Assembly (NCBI RefSeq): GCF_009834535.1
Contig: NC_045696.1
Coordinates: forward strand, 35,838,001-35,902,000
Reading direction: 5' to 3'
DNA: 64,000 nt
Source: Camelus ferus
Taxonomy: Eukaryota
Positions within the stretch are counted from its first letter, which is position 1, and each line of letters begins with the position of its first letter. The notes below the pieces were generated by a model. The model did no database searches, was not told the origin of the DNA, and saw only the letters and a list, made by a program, of their open reading frames with translations. The translations under genes and the position numbers were made by a program. Below, piece by piece: positions 13,386-26,090 of this stretch.

Positions 13386-14447
13386 AATTATTTACACCAT
13401 TTAAATTCCTGAAAGTTCTTTGGCCAGTGAAAAGTAGGAATACATTTCCTTTTTTCTTAGGCTTTATTTGATAGAATCATCTTTCTATTTGCACTAACAT
13501 ACTTTCAGGATTAATTGTATCCATCACAATGTGGCATTTATATCTTTACAGTTCTATTTATTGCTATAAGAACAGTTCAGTAAAGATATGATGAGTATTA
13601 TTCAGGTTAAATCTTGGATAGAGTGTATTTCCGATAAAATTGAGCATAAGGATGTAATCTAATGCCAATTTCTTGTAACTCATTGCTGTATACTGTACCC
13701 CTTATCAACATAAAAAATTGTGATTGGAAGATTAAGGAAATGTTTTGAATCTGTGCTAAACTCCTCAATGAGTTTTCTCACAAATTAATCCACATTTTAA
13801 AGGTGTAAAATTGTTTTTTAGATTCAATAACTGATCAAAGTGTAGACATTTGCAAGACTACAACAGAGATTCTAACAACCATATGTTAATTATTTATGTC
13901 TTATATAGTTTTGTTTTCCTAATGCCTCTGTTCATGTTACAAAGCTCCCTTTAGTTTTTAATGTTCCTTTTCTTCTTAAAAATAATGAAGTTATTGGAAA
14001 AAATAAACTCATTTTCATTATTTTAATCTTCATTTTTAGTGATTTTCAAGCATTCAAAAATATATTTGAAAATGTATGGCAAAGCATCAAAAAACTAAAA
14101 AGACATAAATTCTCAGAATCACTCAGTACTAAATCTTGTTACTGCTTTTTATTAATATAATAGTGCTTATAAATGACAAAAAGTAAAAGAGTGTGTGAGA
14201 GCTTTGCACAAAAACAAAAGCAACAATTAAAATTTGAAGGGAGAATCCCATATGGATTATATACTGATTGCCCTAAATTTCAGATAATGTTTTTTAAACA
14301 TATTCATAAAACTGAAAAAAGTGTGCAAGCAATTCTGCAATGAAATCAGTACGTTTAAGTGTATCTTTTACTTTTGAAAATATGGGAAAATATAACAGAT
14401 AGAATTTTATTTAATTAGGACAAAAAGTTATTATCTACTCCCACAGT

Positions 14448-14466
14448 AAAAAAAAAAAAAAAAAAA
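14448..14466. repeat. Poly(A)19 tract
   Basis: Direct observation. Confidence 0.95.
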
Positions 14467-15809
14467 GTTTTTAATTGCAATTGTTCTAGCAATCAAAGTT
14501 AGAACCTTCTTGTACTGAATAAGTTTCATTTATGTTTGTCCTTTCTGAGTTCTCTACTTTTGTGACTTAGGGCAGAAATGTATTTTTATTTTTAGTTTAA
14601 ACTCAATATTTGGCACACATTTGTGAAACTACAATCTTAAGAGATTTAAATTCAACAATATCTTTGTCAGGAAGATAATTACATTAAACAGTTATATCAG
14701 TAGGCTAAACACCTTGACTTACAGTTAAAAAGGCAAGTGTCTAAACATCATAAAGGGTGAAGAATCATTAAACAGAGTATTCATGCAAATTAGGAAATAA
14801 ACATACTTTGCAGAAAATTCCTATCCTGGAATTTTATTGCCCTAATCATCATCTTCATGAAAACTCTGAAGTTTACTCACAGGTAGTACAGGATATGTTT
14901 ATTAATTTAATCATTTTGGTGAAATTTTTTTAATCAGTTAAATTCACAGGGAAGCATCCACTCACCTTGCCTATATGTGATCCAGCATTATTTTACATTT
15001 TTTAAGACTTTCCCAGATGTTTGGTTATAAAGATCAGTTGCTTTCAGTGTAAAACACTGTGAATCCATTTTCTGGACATTAGGTTTAGTCAGAGAATAAA
15101 CATAGCATTTCTATTTTTTAAAAGCTTATATCATCAGTCTAAACTCAGAAACTTCCACCTGAAACTGATTTCAATAAAATGGACCTACACACCGTGACAG
15201 AGTACAGAAGTTTAGTTTGGTACAAGACAAGCCAGACCCCTTCCTCCTTGGCAGCTTTTACTGCTAGACGTGCCATGAGCTCATCTTTAACAATGAAGGC
15301 AGTGCAGTCTCTAGGCTTGGCCTTGGCTCCAAGTGGGGCATCAGGTTTCCACTCTGCCTCATCGTCTGTCTGGATACTTTTCCTGCTGTTGAAATCGAGT
15401 AAACCGGATGACTCAGTGAACCAAGTACCATATACACTTAAGTGATTCCTTGGTAACAAGTAAAAGGGTAGTAACTCCATGGGTTCACTAAAATTTAGTA
15501 TCCTGGAACCACAGATTAATAAATGGCACTTGGTCGACAACTAAAAACTAATTACAGGTTTCTACATGTTTCCTACAGATGGGCAAGATATTTCCACTTT
15601 TACATTTTATTTTCATTTCATCCATTGTTTTTGCTGTTGCTGCTGATATAATGTGATTGCAGTTATGCTTTAGGTCATTAATATTTGGAAGAATCTAAAG
15701 AAAATATCCTTTTCTATTAACTATATACAGAATAATATATAAAGGACAGCTAAAGTTAATATTGAGAAAACCTAAGTTAATATTTAAGAATTATGAAAGA
15801 GGAACAGAT

Positions 15810-16025
15810 ATTAAAACACAAATTAGAGCAGTAATAAAGTAAATAGCACGTGCTTTGTACAAATAAAAATGATCAATGAAAGAGACTAGATTTCCCTTAA
15901 ATAGAATGTATATATACAGAAGTGTTATGTAATAAAGAAATGTCATAAACCAGTATAAAATAAATATTCAATACATTATGCTGAGAAAACTGGCCAAGGG
16001 AAAAAAATTACAAAACTTCCTCACC
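15810..16025 (+). mobile_element. Highly decayed L1M ORF2 fragment
   Basis: A-rich, with atattcaatacattatgctgagaaaactggc resembling the L1 ORF2 'FNKWCWENW' coding region. Confidence 0.45.
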
Positions 16026-17594
16026 TGCTATATGTCATGAAAAATTTGACCTAATGCTGCCCTTGCTCATATTTCATAAGTTTCACAGAAGTAATGTGAC
16101 ACACATTGTTTTACTGTAATGTGTTATTTCACAGTAGAGAAAACATAATATTAATTATGACTAACAAAACACAAGTCCATTTCTTGTGGGCAGGTCCATG
16201 TGTAAATATAATTGATCATTTCAAGGCTTTTAGTATAGTGCTGAGCCCATAAATTAGTGCCATCCAATGTTTGTCTAACTGATGGTTATGCATTGAGATT
16301 ACCTATCCAAACCTTCTAAGTACTATTGCAAATCAAAAAGTTTCTTGCAACCGATATGACAGTTTGGGCAGATTATAAACACACTGAATAAAAACTGTAG
16401 GCTACCTGAAAAATTATAGAAGGCATCTAGTATTCTTCAGACCCCCTTCAAACAGTCTTTGTAGAAAGACAGAAAACGATAATTGCCAGCTTTCTTCTGC
16501 GTTTGCATTTTGTTTGTTTCTGTTTCATGTTCTGCTGCATTTTGTTCTCTTCTCTCTCTCTTTTTTTCTTTTTTGGCTTTCAAGACCTATTTATAATATA
16601 TGTAGCATGTAGTTTTCCATAAGAAGTCTTCCTTGTGTTAATTTCTCTTTGTTCATATCCCGTATCAAACTTTTGTTTTTGAATTTGCGCTTATACCATT
16701 ATTACATTATGCTGACTTATCTTTATCTCACTGCATGTGTCTTTCAATTTGCCATGAATTTACCTATGAATTCTTAGAATGAATAAATTAACCAGAGTAA
16801 GTTATATGTAGGAAGAGAGAGATAAGAGCCACAGTCTATAAAAGCAACAAATGATTAATATTTACCTAAAGTATAACACATTTAAATTCAGGTGTACAGA
16901 AATATAACTTTATTTTGCTAGAACTAACTTTATTTACTTTGAGCCTTAATCCTGCTGAACTGCTAGGAAACTTTTACCTTAGTCTCCTCAGTAAAATTCC
17001 TGGCGGACTTGCGTAAGACAAAAGGGCAAAGAGGAGCTGAGGAAAGGAGGGTCATGGAATGCTTGGGCTTTCTGGGGCAGGAGAGCATCCTTCTCAGTCG
17101 GTCATTCACACAGCTCTCCATCAAGATGTCCTGTCTGCCTGTGTTTCCTGCCTGCCTTACTGTGCCAACTTTAGGGATCCTGGAAGCTCGTCAGTATTTC
17201 ACAACGTGCCAAAGGGCTCTCAAGTTTGTAAGAGGCTCTCTGCTGTCACACTTAAGAATGACAAAACCATTCCTTCTCTGGAGTGTTTCCACTTCCTCGG
17301 TGCACATCCCTTTTAGAGGATTTACATATTTTTAATTTTCACTGCCTCCTGTCTACTACTCCTGACACAAAATCTCAGACTCTTCTAATCTGAACAAAAT
17401 GAGTTTGATAAATAGGAAAATGCTTTCCCAATAATAGTTTTCAAAGTTATTTCATCCTTAATCTCCAAAACCAAAATTCATGTGGTAAATTCTAAACCAA
17501 TGGGAAAAAAAAATCAACCCCAAATATCATCACTCTTTGATATAGGGAGGATTTTCTTACATAATTTTATTAAAATAAATAAATTTAAATTATT

Positions 17595-17885
17595 AGCTTT
17601 AAAATCTGGATTTCCAGCTTCTCCTAGAAATTTTTAAAATTGGGTTTCAGGAGACCCCCATTCCTGTATCACACAAAAAAAATATATCATACTGAGTTAG
17701 AGCTGCTCACCTAAGAAGAAACTCATGTTCTCTATTCCATATTCTCTAGTTCCCAGCGCTCCTGAAAACTGAGACGAGTTTCAGTGGCCATTCATCAATG
17801 ATCTTTCACTGCTATTCCTCTTACACCTGCTCATTTCCCTCTTCCATAGGTCCTGTCTTGGCCGCTGTATGCATTTGCTTTTCAT
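17595..17885. mobile_element. hAT-Charlie element (MER102-like)
   Basis: aaatctggatttccagcttctc ... ctgagttagagctgctc ... cctgtcttggccgctgtatgcatttg match the remembered MER102 consensus blocks. Confidence 0.55.
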
Positions 17886-18663
17886 ATAGGACAAAGAGCT
17901 TAAGTTTTAGGGAAACAAACACAGAAATTCTGGAAATCTTTTTTCTATCTTATCACGTCCCTCCTTGGAGGGCAATGAGTTCAGATTAGTTGTTTCTGAA
18001 AAACCAAGGAAAAGAAGGCATACTGGAGAAATAAAGGACATAGATTGATATCTCAAAAGCATTATTCCATTACTGACTTGTCAAATTATTTTACACATTA
18101 TTTTAATTATAACATAAACTTTAAAACTGTTAATTCTGCATAAAGCCCCCAAGTGTAATGCCAGCTAATCAAACCCATCGATATGTATACAAGGTGTTAG
18201 ATTTCTGGATGGTTTTAAAAGAGTCATCCATGAAATTCAGCACCTTTAGAGATTTCATTTTAATGAAGACCCAAATATAATTAACTCAAAATAAAACCAA
18301 ATGACTTAAAATCTGCATGTAAAATTTGAAATTAACAGCTTACCAGAAAGGTTTTTACAAGAGATGGCTAACGTGGAGTTTCAGCTATTATGTCATGCTA
18401 GTTAAAGCTGTATTAAAACAAAACCAGAAATGTTTGTCTTTCAAAGGACCAGATCTAGTCTGTGAAAAATTGATTTCCTTGCAGGTGGATACTATAAACA
18501 TGCTGAAGTTATGCTAATACCTTTCAGAATGCTATATACATAGAAGGGCCTTGGTATAATTGGGGAGAAAAAAATGACTGCATGCTGAATGAAAAGGAAA
18601 AAAAGGACCACATGAAAAGTATTTCATTTTTTACATAAATAGAATATGTCACATATATTGAAT

Positions 18664-18710
18664 ATAAAATATGCCTGTGTAAGGCATAAAATATGCCTGT
18701 GTAAGGCATA
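18664..18710. repeat. Perfect 22-bp tandem duplication containing a hairpin
   Basis: ataaaatatgcctgtgtaaggc x2 (18664-18685, 18686-18707) plus ata. Confidence 0.95.
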
Positions 18711-18914
18711 TTTTAGAATACAATTAGTATTATTCAGACACAAAATAGAAATCCCTTAACTTAAAAAGAAGTCGTATGCATTTAATAGTAGGAGACGGAT
18801 TTCTAGGTATGTTTCTATATTAACCCATACTTCCTGATCTGTCTTTGCACACAATAGACTTCTTAGTGGAGAGTTGGCTTATGTCATATTCTTATTTTGT
18901 TTTTTAATTCTAGA

Positions 18915-19035
18915 TGTTAATAGTCCTATTGTACATATGAAGAAATTGAGTCCAAGTGGTTAAGAACATGACCCTACATTCAGACCAAGTAAGTAACAGA
19001 GCTAAAAACTGAGTTAACATTTGTCCATGAGACTG
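18915..19035 (-). mobile_element. MIR fragment
   Basis: cctattgtacatatgaagaaattgagtccaagtggttaag...aagtaacagagct is the antisense MIR core. Confidence 0.65.
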
Positions 19036-19884
19036 TAGTATGTGTTGGGTTATCACACAAGTTGAATCTGGAGTACTGTATTTCTGAAGCATGCATTTTT
19101 GTGTGTGTGCCTCACTCATTCTTTATATACATGTGGAAGAAACAGAAATGTTTTCTATTTTACCTCCTTATTTCTCTTTCTTCAATCTTAGAGAAAAAGC
19201 AGTCTTTGTTCAGATAACATAAAGACAGATACCCTTTTTAAAACCATACAATCTATTAAAATTATGCTAAGAAAGAGGTGAGCAGACAGTGATCTCTGTC
19301 CTTTAGTTTATAAAAGAGGAAACTAAGTCCCAAAGAGTATGTGCTAATTCAATTGAATTTATTATTGTTTGTTTATAGCTCTTTCAAAAAAATTTAGACA
19401 GGTCATCAAAAGGGCAAATGTCACAATATAGATAAAACATAAAGGAAGAAGGAGAACTTGAATTAAATGAAATAAATAAGTAAAGCAACATGACTAAAGC
19501 ATTGCCTGTAACACCACGCTGCATTAGAAGAAGGTAGATGGATGATAATAATGGCATATGATAAACCTCATAGAAATATTCACAGTGTAAAGTGGCAAAC
19601 ATCAAGAAGTGTTTAATTCTATATTGGGGTATCAGTGGGTCTCCACAAGGAACATACGCATGAACAGGAGTTGGAATATCACAGTATGACCTCTTATAGA
19701 TATAGAATAAACGTGTCAAAGACTTTATTATTCAAGTTATTAACTAATGAGGGAACCAGTAAAATGGTCAACCTATTACCAGTGGCATTCAAGAAAAACA
19801 GTTTTCTGTAAGCCATCAGGAATGGCATCACTATTTTTTAAAAATATCAAAATGATATTATGAGCATAGATACAAAGTTAGAGA

Positions 19885-21450
19885 TCCACTTCCAGAATGG
19901 TGGTGTGAGGAGCTCCGTGGACCCACCTGCTCTGCAGCCAAACAACCACAGCTTGAAAATTTTGTTTTTAAAAAGCAAAACAAAAAAGCCATTTAAAGTC
20001 TCTGAAATCATTCTAAGGGCATATAGGCACCCAGTATATGAAGAAACATTTATTCAAGAAACTCTACTAAATCTCAGTAAGAACAGTGAGAATCTGTGGC
20101 ACTTGGGCCATGGCCCACTCCCTCCCCCACTTCCACACACACAGCTCAAGGTGATGGAAGCTCCATTCTGAATAATTAACACCAAAACAGTGGGATTCTT
20201 CTACCTCCAGTCGTTAGTCAGGGGCCACAGTATTCCCCTGGAGGGTCAAGCTTCCAGTATTTCTCATACCTGTCCCCTACCCAGTTGCATGTTGTAGAAG
20301 CAAAATTCCAGGTAAGTATAGCTGAGAGACTGGGTTTCCATTTATCAACCCAGCACTCACTGGTAGATGGATGCTTGAGGCCAGGAATAACAGGCAGAGA
20401 ATACTGGGCCTCCAATCACCTTCACTCCAGCAAAATCACAGTGTAGAGGTTCTATCAGAAGAAGCAAGCCAAGAAGACCATCTCTGTCCTACAACTTACT
20501 CATAACCAGAGGTCTCATTCCAAAAGAAGTAGGGCTCTGTCTCTGCCCCCAGCTCCAGAACCATGGCTCAGAGATTTTTACATGAGAGGAAAGGCCGTAA
20601 GAATAGAGAGTTCCAAAACTCTTCCCAAAGGAAATGCCTTTATTTAGAACAGAGTATGGGGAAGTTTACAACTAAAATTTGAAGACAATGGAGATTCTGG
20701 TGGTACGCAATTAAAGGGAGGCTGGTGGCTCCCCTAGAACAACAAGTTAAACCATAGGTTACAGAGAATGAAGGAAATAGGCAGCTAAGAAGAGTCTTCA
20801 TGATGTCACAAGTCTCAAAAATTGGCCTCAAAAACTTTTCCTACAAAGGGCCTTGCATTTAACAGAATCATACTGTGAAGTTATTTTTGCTCTAGCTCAT
20901 TAACAAAGATAAAGGAGCAATCAGCTGACAGTGAAGCCTAACATTTGGGTCTGATACCAACAGAGGTGGACAGCTGAACAGACAGACCAGGAGAAAGATA
21001 GTTAAAGAAAGCCCTGCTGACACCACTGTCATACCAGGTGACTATGCTCAGGCCCAAGGAAGTGCCCTATTAGGATGAACATCAGACTCACAGGGAGAGA
21101 GAAACAGACTTCATTGAATTAGTCAAGCCAAGTCACTAGACAAATACATAAGCAAACAGCAACGAGTCCTGGAAAGGAGACAGAATCAGTACCCAGAGTT
21201 GCTACAATTTATGATCTAAAATACTCAGTTTTAACAAGAAAAAAATATGAGTTACACAAAGAAGCAGCAGTGAGACCCACACACAGGGAAAAAGAGCAGC
21301 AAGAAGATTCAAATGATGTTCAAATTGAGTCAAATACGTAAAAGCACATATTGCAAATGTGCCCAAGGAAGTAAAGGAAATCATGTTTAAAAACAAATAG
21401 GAAGTTATGAAATGTCTTATTAGGTAGAGAATATCAACAAAAACAAAATT
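19885..21450 (+). mobile_element. Old L1 5' UTR and start of ORF1 (L1M4/L1MC-type 5' end)
   Basis: Begins acttccagaatggtggtgtgaggagctcc; contains gaagaaacatttattcaagaaactctactaaatctcagtaagaacagtgag; ends in A-rich, decayed ORF1-like sequence (21245-21450). Confidence 0.75.
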
Positions 21451-21754
21451 AATGTTCTTCGTGGCAGTAAAGTATATCCTTTTGGGTTATCTCCTCTAAT
21501 AAAATCATTTGCTTCTTATTGGGTGCAATATGCAGGTTAAGATGGAACTTCAAAGAGTCTGAACAATTGATTATTAGGGAATAGCACAAACAATGGCATA
21601 GTATTCTAGGAAAAAACAAAAACAAAAACCTTACGTTTATCCTTGGGCAGCCCTAATAAACAATTCTTCAGTATGATTATGAAAGGAAATGCAGGTATCC
21701 TCTTTGCTTTATTTAAAAGTTTTGGATAATTTATCTTTAAAAAATCCTCATTTG

Positions 21755-22050
21755 ACTAGAAAGAGAAAGATATTCAAGACGGAGGAAACAACATGTACAA
21801 AAACAAGCAGTAGAAAATAACAGAGTATTTCTGGAGAACAAGTAATGCACTAATGATTATATGTCAGTTATTAGACAAAGAAGAGGAGGTTGCAGAGTTA
21901 GCAGCAAGAAACTACTTGTGTGCCAGGCTAAGGAAGAAGTTTGCACTTTATGTGAACATTAACCTGTATCCTTTGCAGATTTTAAATAAGACTGAAACAT
22001 AATTTTAAAGAACATAGTAAAGAGAAAGGTAGAACTGAAGGGGAATAGAC
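21755..22050 (-). mobile_element. L2 fragment
   Basis: atattcaagacggaggaaacaacatgtacaaaa and tgtgccaggctaaggaagaagtttgcactttat are antisense L2 3'-region motifs. Confidence 0.55.
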
Positions 22051-22074
22051 TAAAATCTTACATAGTTGTCTAGA

Positions 22075-22243
22075 TCCATGCTTCACTACATTTAACGTGC
22101 ATACAAATCACTTGGGGAAATTGTCAAAATTCAGGTTTGTATTTAGTAGATCTGGGATGGAGCCTGAGATTCTGCATTTCTTTGAAGCTCCCAGGTGATG
22201 CCAATGCTTCTGGTTTGTGTCTTACAAACTGAGTAACAAGAAT
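22075..22243. mobile_element. MER5A/B (hAT-Charlie)
   Basis: tgcatacaaatcacttgggg...agtagatctgggatggagcctgagattctgcatttct...gctcccaggtgatgccaatgc. Confidence 0.85.
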
Positions 22244-22249
22244 CAAGAT

Positions 22250-22580
22250 CAGCACTAATTAATGGAGTTATAATGCAACCCAAATATTTAAGTTTATTTT
22301 TTAGTAACCACATTCAAGAAGAGTAAAAAGAAACCATTGAAATTAGTATCAAAAATAGATTCTATGTAACCCAATAGATCCAAAATATTATCAGTTCAAC
22401 ATGTTATCAATTCGAAACATTAACCATCAGATATTGTGAATTCTCTTGTTCATACTCAGTGTCAGATATTCAGTTTGTCTTTTACACTTACAACACATTT
22501 CAATTCAGACTCTAAGATTTCACTGGAAATACCTGATCTGCATTTAGATTTCATAAAACTTACACTTGAAAAATCAGTCT
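22250..22580. mobile_element. Charlie5/MER33-type DNA transposon fragment
   Basis: ttttagtaaccacattcaagaagagtaaaaagaaac, taacccaatagatccaaaatattatcagttcaacatg, ttttacacttacaacacatttcaatt. Confidence 0.8.
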
Positions 22581-23494
22581 TATTTCATCATGTTGTCTAC
22601 TTGTCAGCACTATAATAAAGTCAAGACATTCTATTTTATTCATATATTGTATTCTTACATATTATGCTTCATTTGTTTTTATAACTTTAAGTACTTGAAA
22701 ATAGTAGGTGCTTACTGTGTAGTCTCTAAATTATTTTAAAAACTTTTGCTCTGTTCATACTTGTGGGAAATAGCCAAGAGTGTCCGAAGTGGCATTCCAC
22801 TTAGTGATTATCTGGGTACACACTGAGAAACTAAGACATTGGGGAGAGAGCTAATACAAATTCAAACTGAAATTGTATTACTCAACTGAAAGTCAGAGCA
22901 GAATAAAATTAAAAAGTAATTCAGAATAACTGAAGTGCTGACTTTAATCACTAAGCTAATTTTTACTCTTAATGTCTACATGTGTGCATTCACTAGGGAG
23001 TATTCTGGTTATTATTAAAAAGTCTGTCAGTTGGAGATCAAAATACAAATTGTAACACATAGGAATATTATGTGAATTTGTGTCACTCCCCTGAGAACTT
23101 CAGGTCTATAAAAAGCAATGAATGGATTACACGAAGACATAAATATGCTCCTGCATTTTCATCTGTGACAGCTATACTCTTACTGAAATGCAATCTTAAA
23201 ACTACACCACCTTGGGCTATGAGCTCATCAGAGCTCTCAAGCTCAGCAGGGTCAAATCTGGCTAATGTTTGGAGAATGACCTCCAAGGAAAATCCAGGTG
23301 CAAGGGGAAATAATGCTAGTAATTCAATAGATGACATGGTTCCCTTTAAGTCACTAATAAGCAATTTCCCCTCAAGGCTGTTATTAGACACCATGCTACC
23401 GGATGCTTCTTCTTAAAGATTTAATATATGTGGACATTTAAGATCTCATGCATTTTTCCTGTCTTCTTTATTTCCATGATAATCATTCTATGTT

Positions 23495-23820
23495 AATTTT
23501 TTTTCAATTTTTATTGAGGTAAAATACATTTTTAAGTATAACAGGGATATTAAGTGCATTCACACTGTTGTGCAATCATCACCACCATCCATCTTCAGAA
23601 CAGTTTTCATCTTGCAAAACTGAAACTTTCTGCCCATTAAGCAATAACTCCCCTTTCTCCCTCCTCCCAGCCCCTGGTAGCCATCATTCTACTTTCTGTC
23701 TCTATGATTTTGATTTCCCTAGGTATCTCATATAAGTGGAATCATACACTATTTATCTTTTTATTTCACTTAGGTAATGTCCTCAAGTTTCATCCGTGTT
23801 GTAGCATATGTCAGAATTTT
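23495..23820 (-). mobile_element. L1MB-type 3' end
   Basis: cattcacactgttgtgcaatcatcaccaccatccatcttcagaac...cttgcaaaactgaaact...cccagcccctggtagccatcattctactttctgtctctatg. Confidence 0.9.
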
Positions 23821-23886
23821 GGTCTATTTTCTTGATCTTTCCAAAGAACCTAACTTAGTGAAATTGAGTGAAGAAGGCTGATTACT

Positions 23887-24378
23887 TGTCATGGCTAATT
23901 TTATGTGTCAGCTTGACTAGGCCATGTGATGTGAAGATATTTGGTTAAACACTCTCCTGAGTATGTCTGTGTGTTTCTGGATAAGATTAACATTTGAATT
24001 AGTAAACTGAGTAAATCAGATTGCCCTTCCCCATGTGGGTGGGCCTCATCCAATTCTTTGAAGGCTTGAATGGAACACAAAGGCTGAGTAAGGGATAATT
24101 TGCTCTCTCTGCCTGTCTCTTAGCTGAGACATTGGTCATTTCTTGCCTTTGGACTCAGTTGGAATGAAATTTTTACCATCAGCTCTCCAGGTTCTCAGAC
24201 CATTGTACTCAGACTAAAACTTACCACTGACTCTCCCGGCTCTCTGGGTCTCCAGCCTGCTGACTGTAGATCTTGGGACTTCTCAGTCTCCATAATTGTG
24301 TGAGCCAATATTCATATATTATATGTAATACTGGTTACACCACTGGTTCTGTTTCTCTGGGGAACCCAGACTAATACA
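23887..24378 (+). mobile_element. ERVL solo LTR (MLT2C/D-like)
   Basis: Starts tgtcatggctaattttatgtgtcagcttgactaggcca and ends ggttctgtttctctggggaacccagactaataca, the MLT2 termini. Confidence 0.9.
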
Positions 24379-25477
24379 CATAGTATTGCATGCCCAGTTC
24401 TATGAGTTCTTTTATTCCTTTTTGTACTGCCTGCTTCATAATTTTGACATTTCTACTTTATTTTGTGTGAGCCATTACTTTCTGCAAGTTTCCAAAAGCC
24501 ATCTTAGCAACATGTTAGTACTGTCTCCCATAGTCGTTACCAGAGAGCTAATATATATTTGGACAAAATACCTTAAGATAAATATTCCCTTATTAAACCT
24601 TATGTTCTGCCCCATCAATCCTGCAACCTTAGAATCCAGTCCCACGCATACTTCCCTAACTTTGCCTATGCATATAGGTGAGGTCTGACAGTCAGGGGGA
24701 GTATTCCCTTTTTCTTCGTTGGGTCACATTTCCTTAGCCTGCTTATGCTGTGATTTGATGTACTTACTGATTTGTCAGCAAGAAGATAAGGTGAGTATAG
24801 GATTTGAGGAGGATACATGGTGTATATTTTCCTTAAGCAAGAGGGATACTAGTCTTAAACAAGGAGGACTGGCCATATTTGCAGAGTTTAGAGGGATATA
24901 GAATTTTTAAATACATAGTTTTTGTTTTTGATTTTTGCCCAACCAAAGCCCTGACCCTGGCAAAGCAGATGAGAAATTGCGAACTCAAATCTCTCTGTAT
25001 GCATCTCTATTACTTTTATTATCAATTCCTAAGCCTGAATCTCAATTATTTTCTGCCCTTTGGGTGCATGCAAGAGATGAAGGACTTTTAAAAATTTTGC
25101 TAAGAAGGGCCTCTCACATTCACACTCCACCTTCATTTGATGATCAGGTACCCTTAGCTTTTCGTTCACTGTATTTTTCCAATAGGGCAATGGTATTCAG
25201 CAAAGCCTATCTGATTTCACTGTTGTTATAATTAACATTTCCCCCAAACCCTCACTTTTCTGAGATACTATACCTGCCGTTGAATTCTTTTATAGTGGTA
25301 GTCCATCCTAGCGGACTATCAGTAAAACTTTCACAATCGCATTGGTGCAATCCACTGGGGTTATTAGTGTGCCATCCACTACCAGTGAAGAGGTGCTCGT
25401 TACTAACTTACCAATGAGTGGTCCAAATCTGGAGTTTCATTTCTGAGTCTGCTTCCACCGACCAATCTAGCATCAAT

Positions 25478-26090
25478 TGTCTTGAGTCAGATTTCCTGGG
25501 AAATGGATTCTGAAACAAACATTTGCATGCAACGCTTTAAGTGGGAGTATCATTGCTATCAAGAATTCAGGAGGAGGGAAGAAGGAACTGGCATATAGTC
25601 ACAAAAAGGGCTCAGTCAATCTTATGGGGTGTTCCTTCAGAGCTGTACCCCTACAACCAAATAGGTCAGGACTTTATATTCCTACACCAACTAGTTCAGG
25701 GGTCAGCAGACTGTTTCTTTAAATACCAGGTAGTAAATATTTTTGCCTTTGTGGGTAACATGCATTCTCTGTCACATGTTCTATTTCTCCTCCTCTCCTT
25801 CTCTTCTTCCTCTTGCCCCCTTTATTGACCTTTTAAAAATGTAAATACCATTTTTATATTCTGCACCCAATGTAAATGGAACCCAGACCACCTCTGAAGA
25901 GTCAACAAGTATGTGCTTCCTTCATGAATGGGATGTGAGCTTAGGCCAGGTGGTCCTCTTGGACCTAGGGAAATTCCTACAGAAAGATCCATCTTTGTGT
26001 GTCAACCTCCAACATTTGCAGGAACTAAGTGTAATAAGTGACTCAGTTCTGAGTGGGGAATCTGGGTAGCACACCACCACATATACTACT
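25478..26090 (-). mobile_element. ERVL LTR (LTR16/LTR33-like), interrupted by MER58
   Basis: Left end tgtcttgagtcagatttcctgggaaatggattctgaaac...atttgcatgca; right end ggggaatctgggtagcacaccaccacatatactac. Confidence 0.65.
25697..25862. mobile_element. MER58 (hAT-Charlie) fragment nested in the LTR
   Basis: caggggtcagcagactgtttctttaaataccaggtagtaaatatttttgcctttgtggg ... ccttttaaaaatgtaaataccatttt. Confidence 0.8.

Noticed and set aside
16400..16765. Possible decayed coding exon with a K/E/R-rich minus-strand translation
   Set aside because: Stops occur in all frames, and the charged stretch derives from a (CT)n/poly-T low-complexity tract; no recognisable homology.
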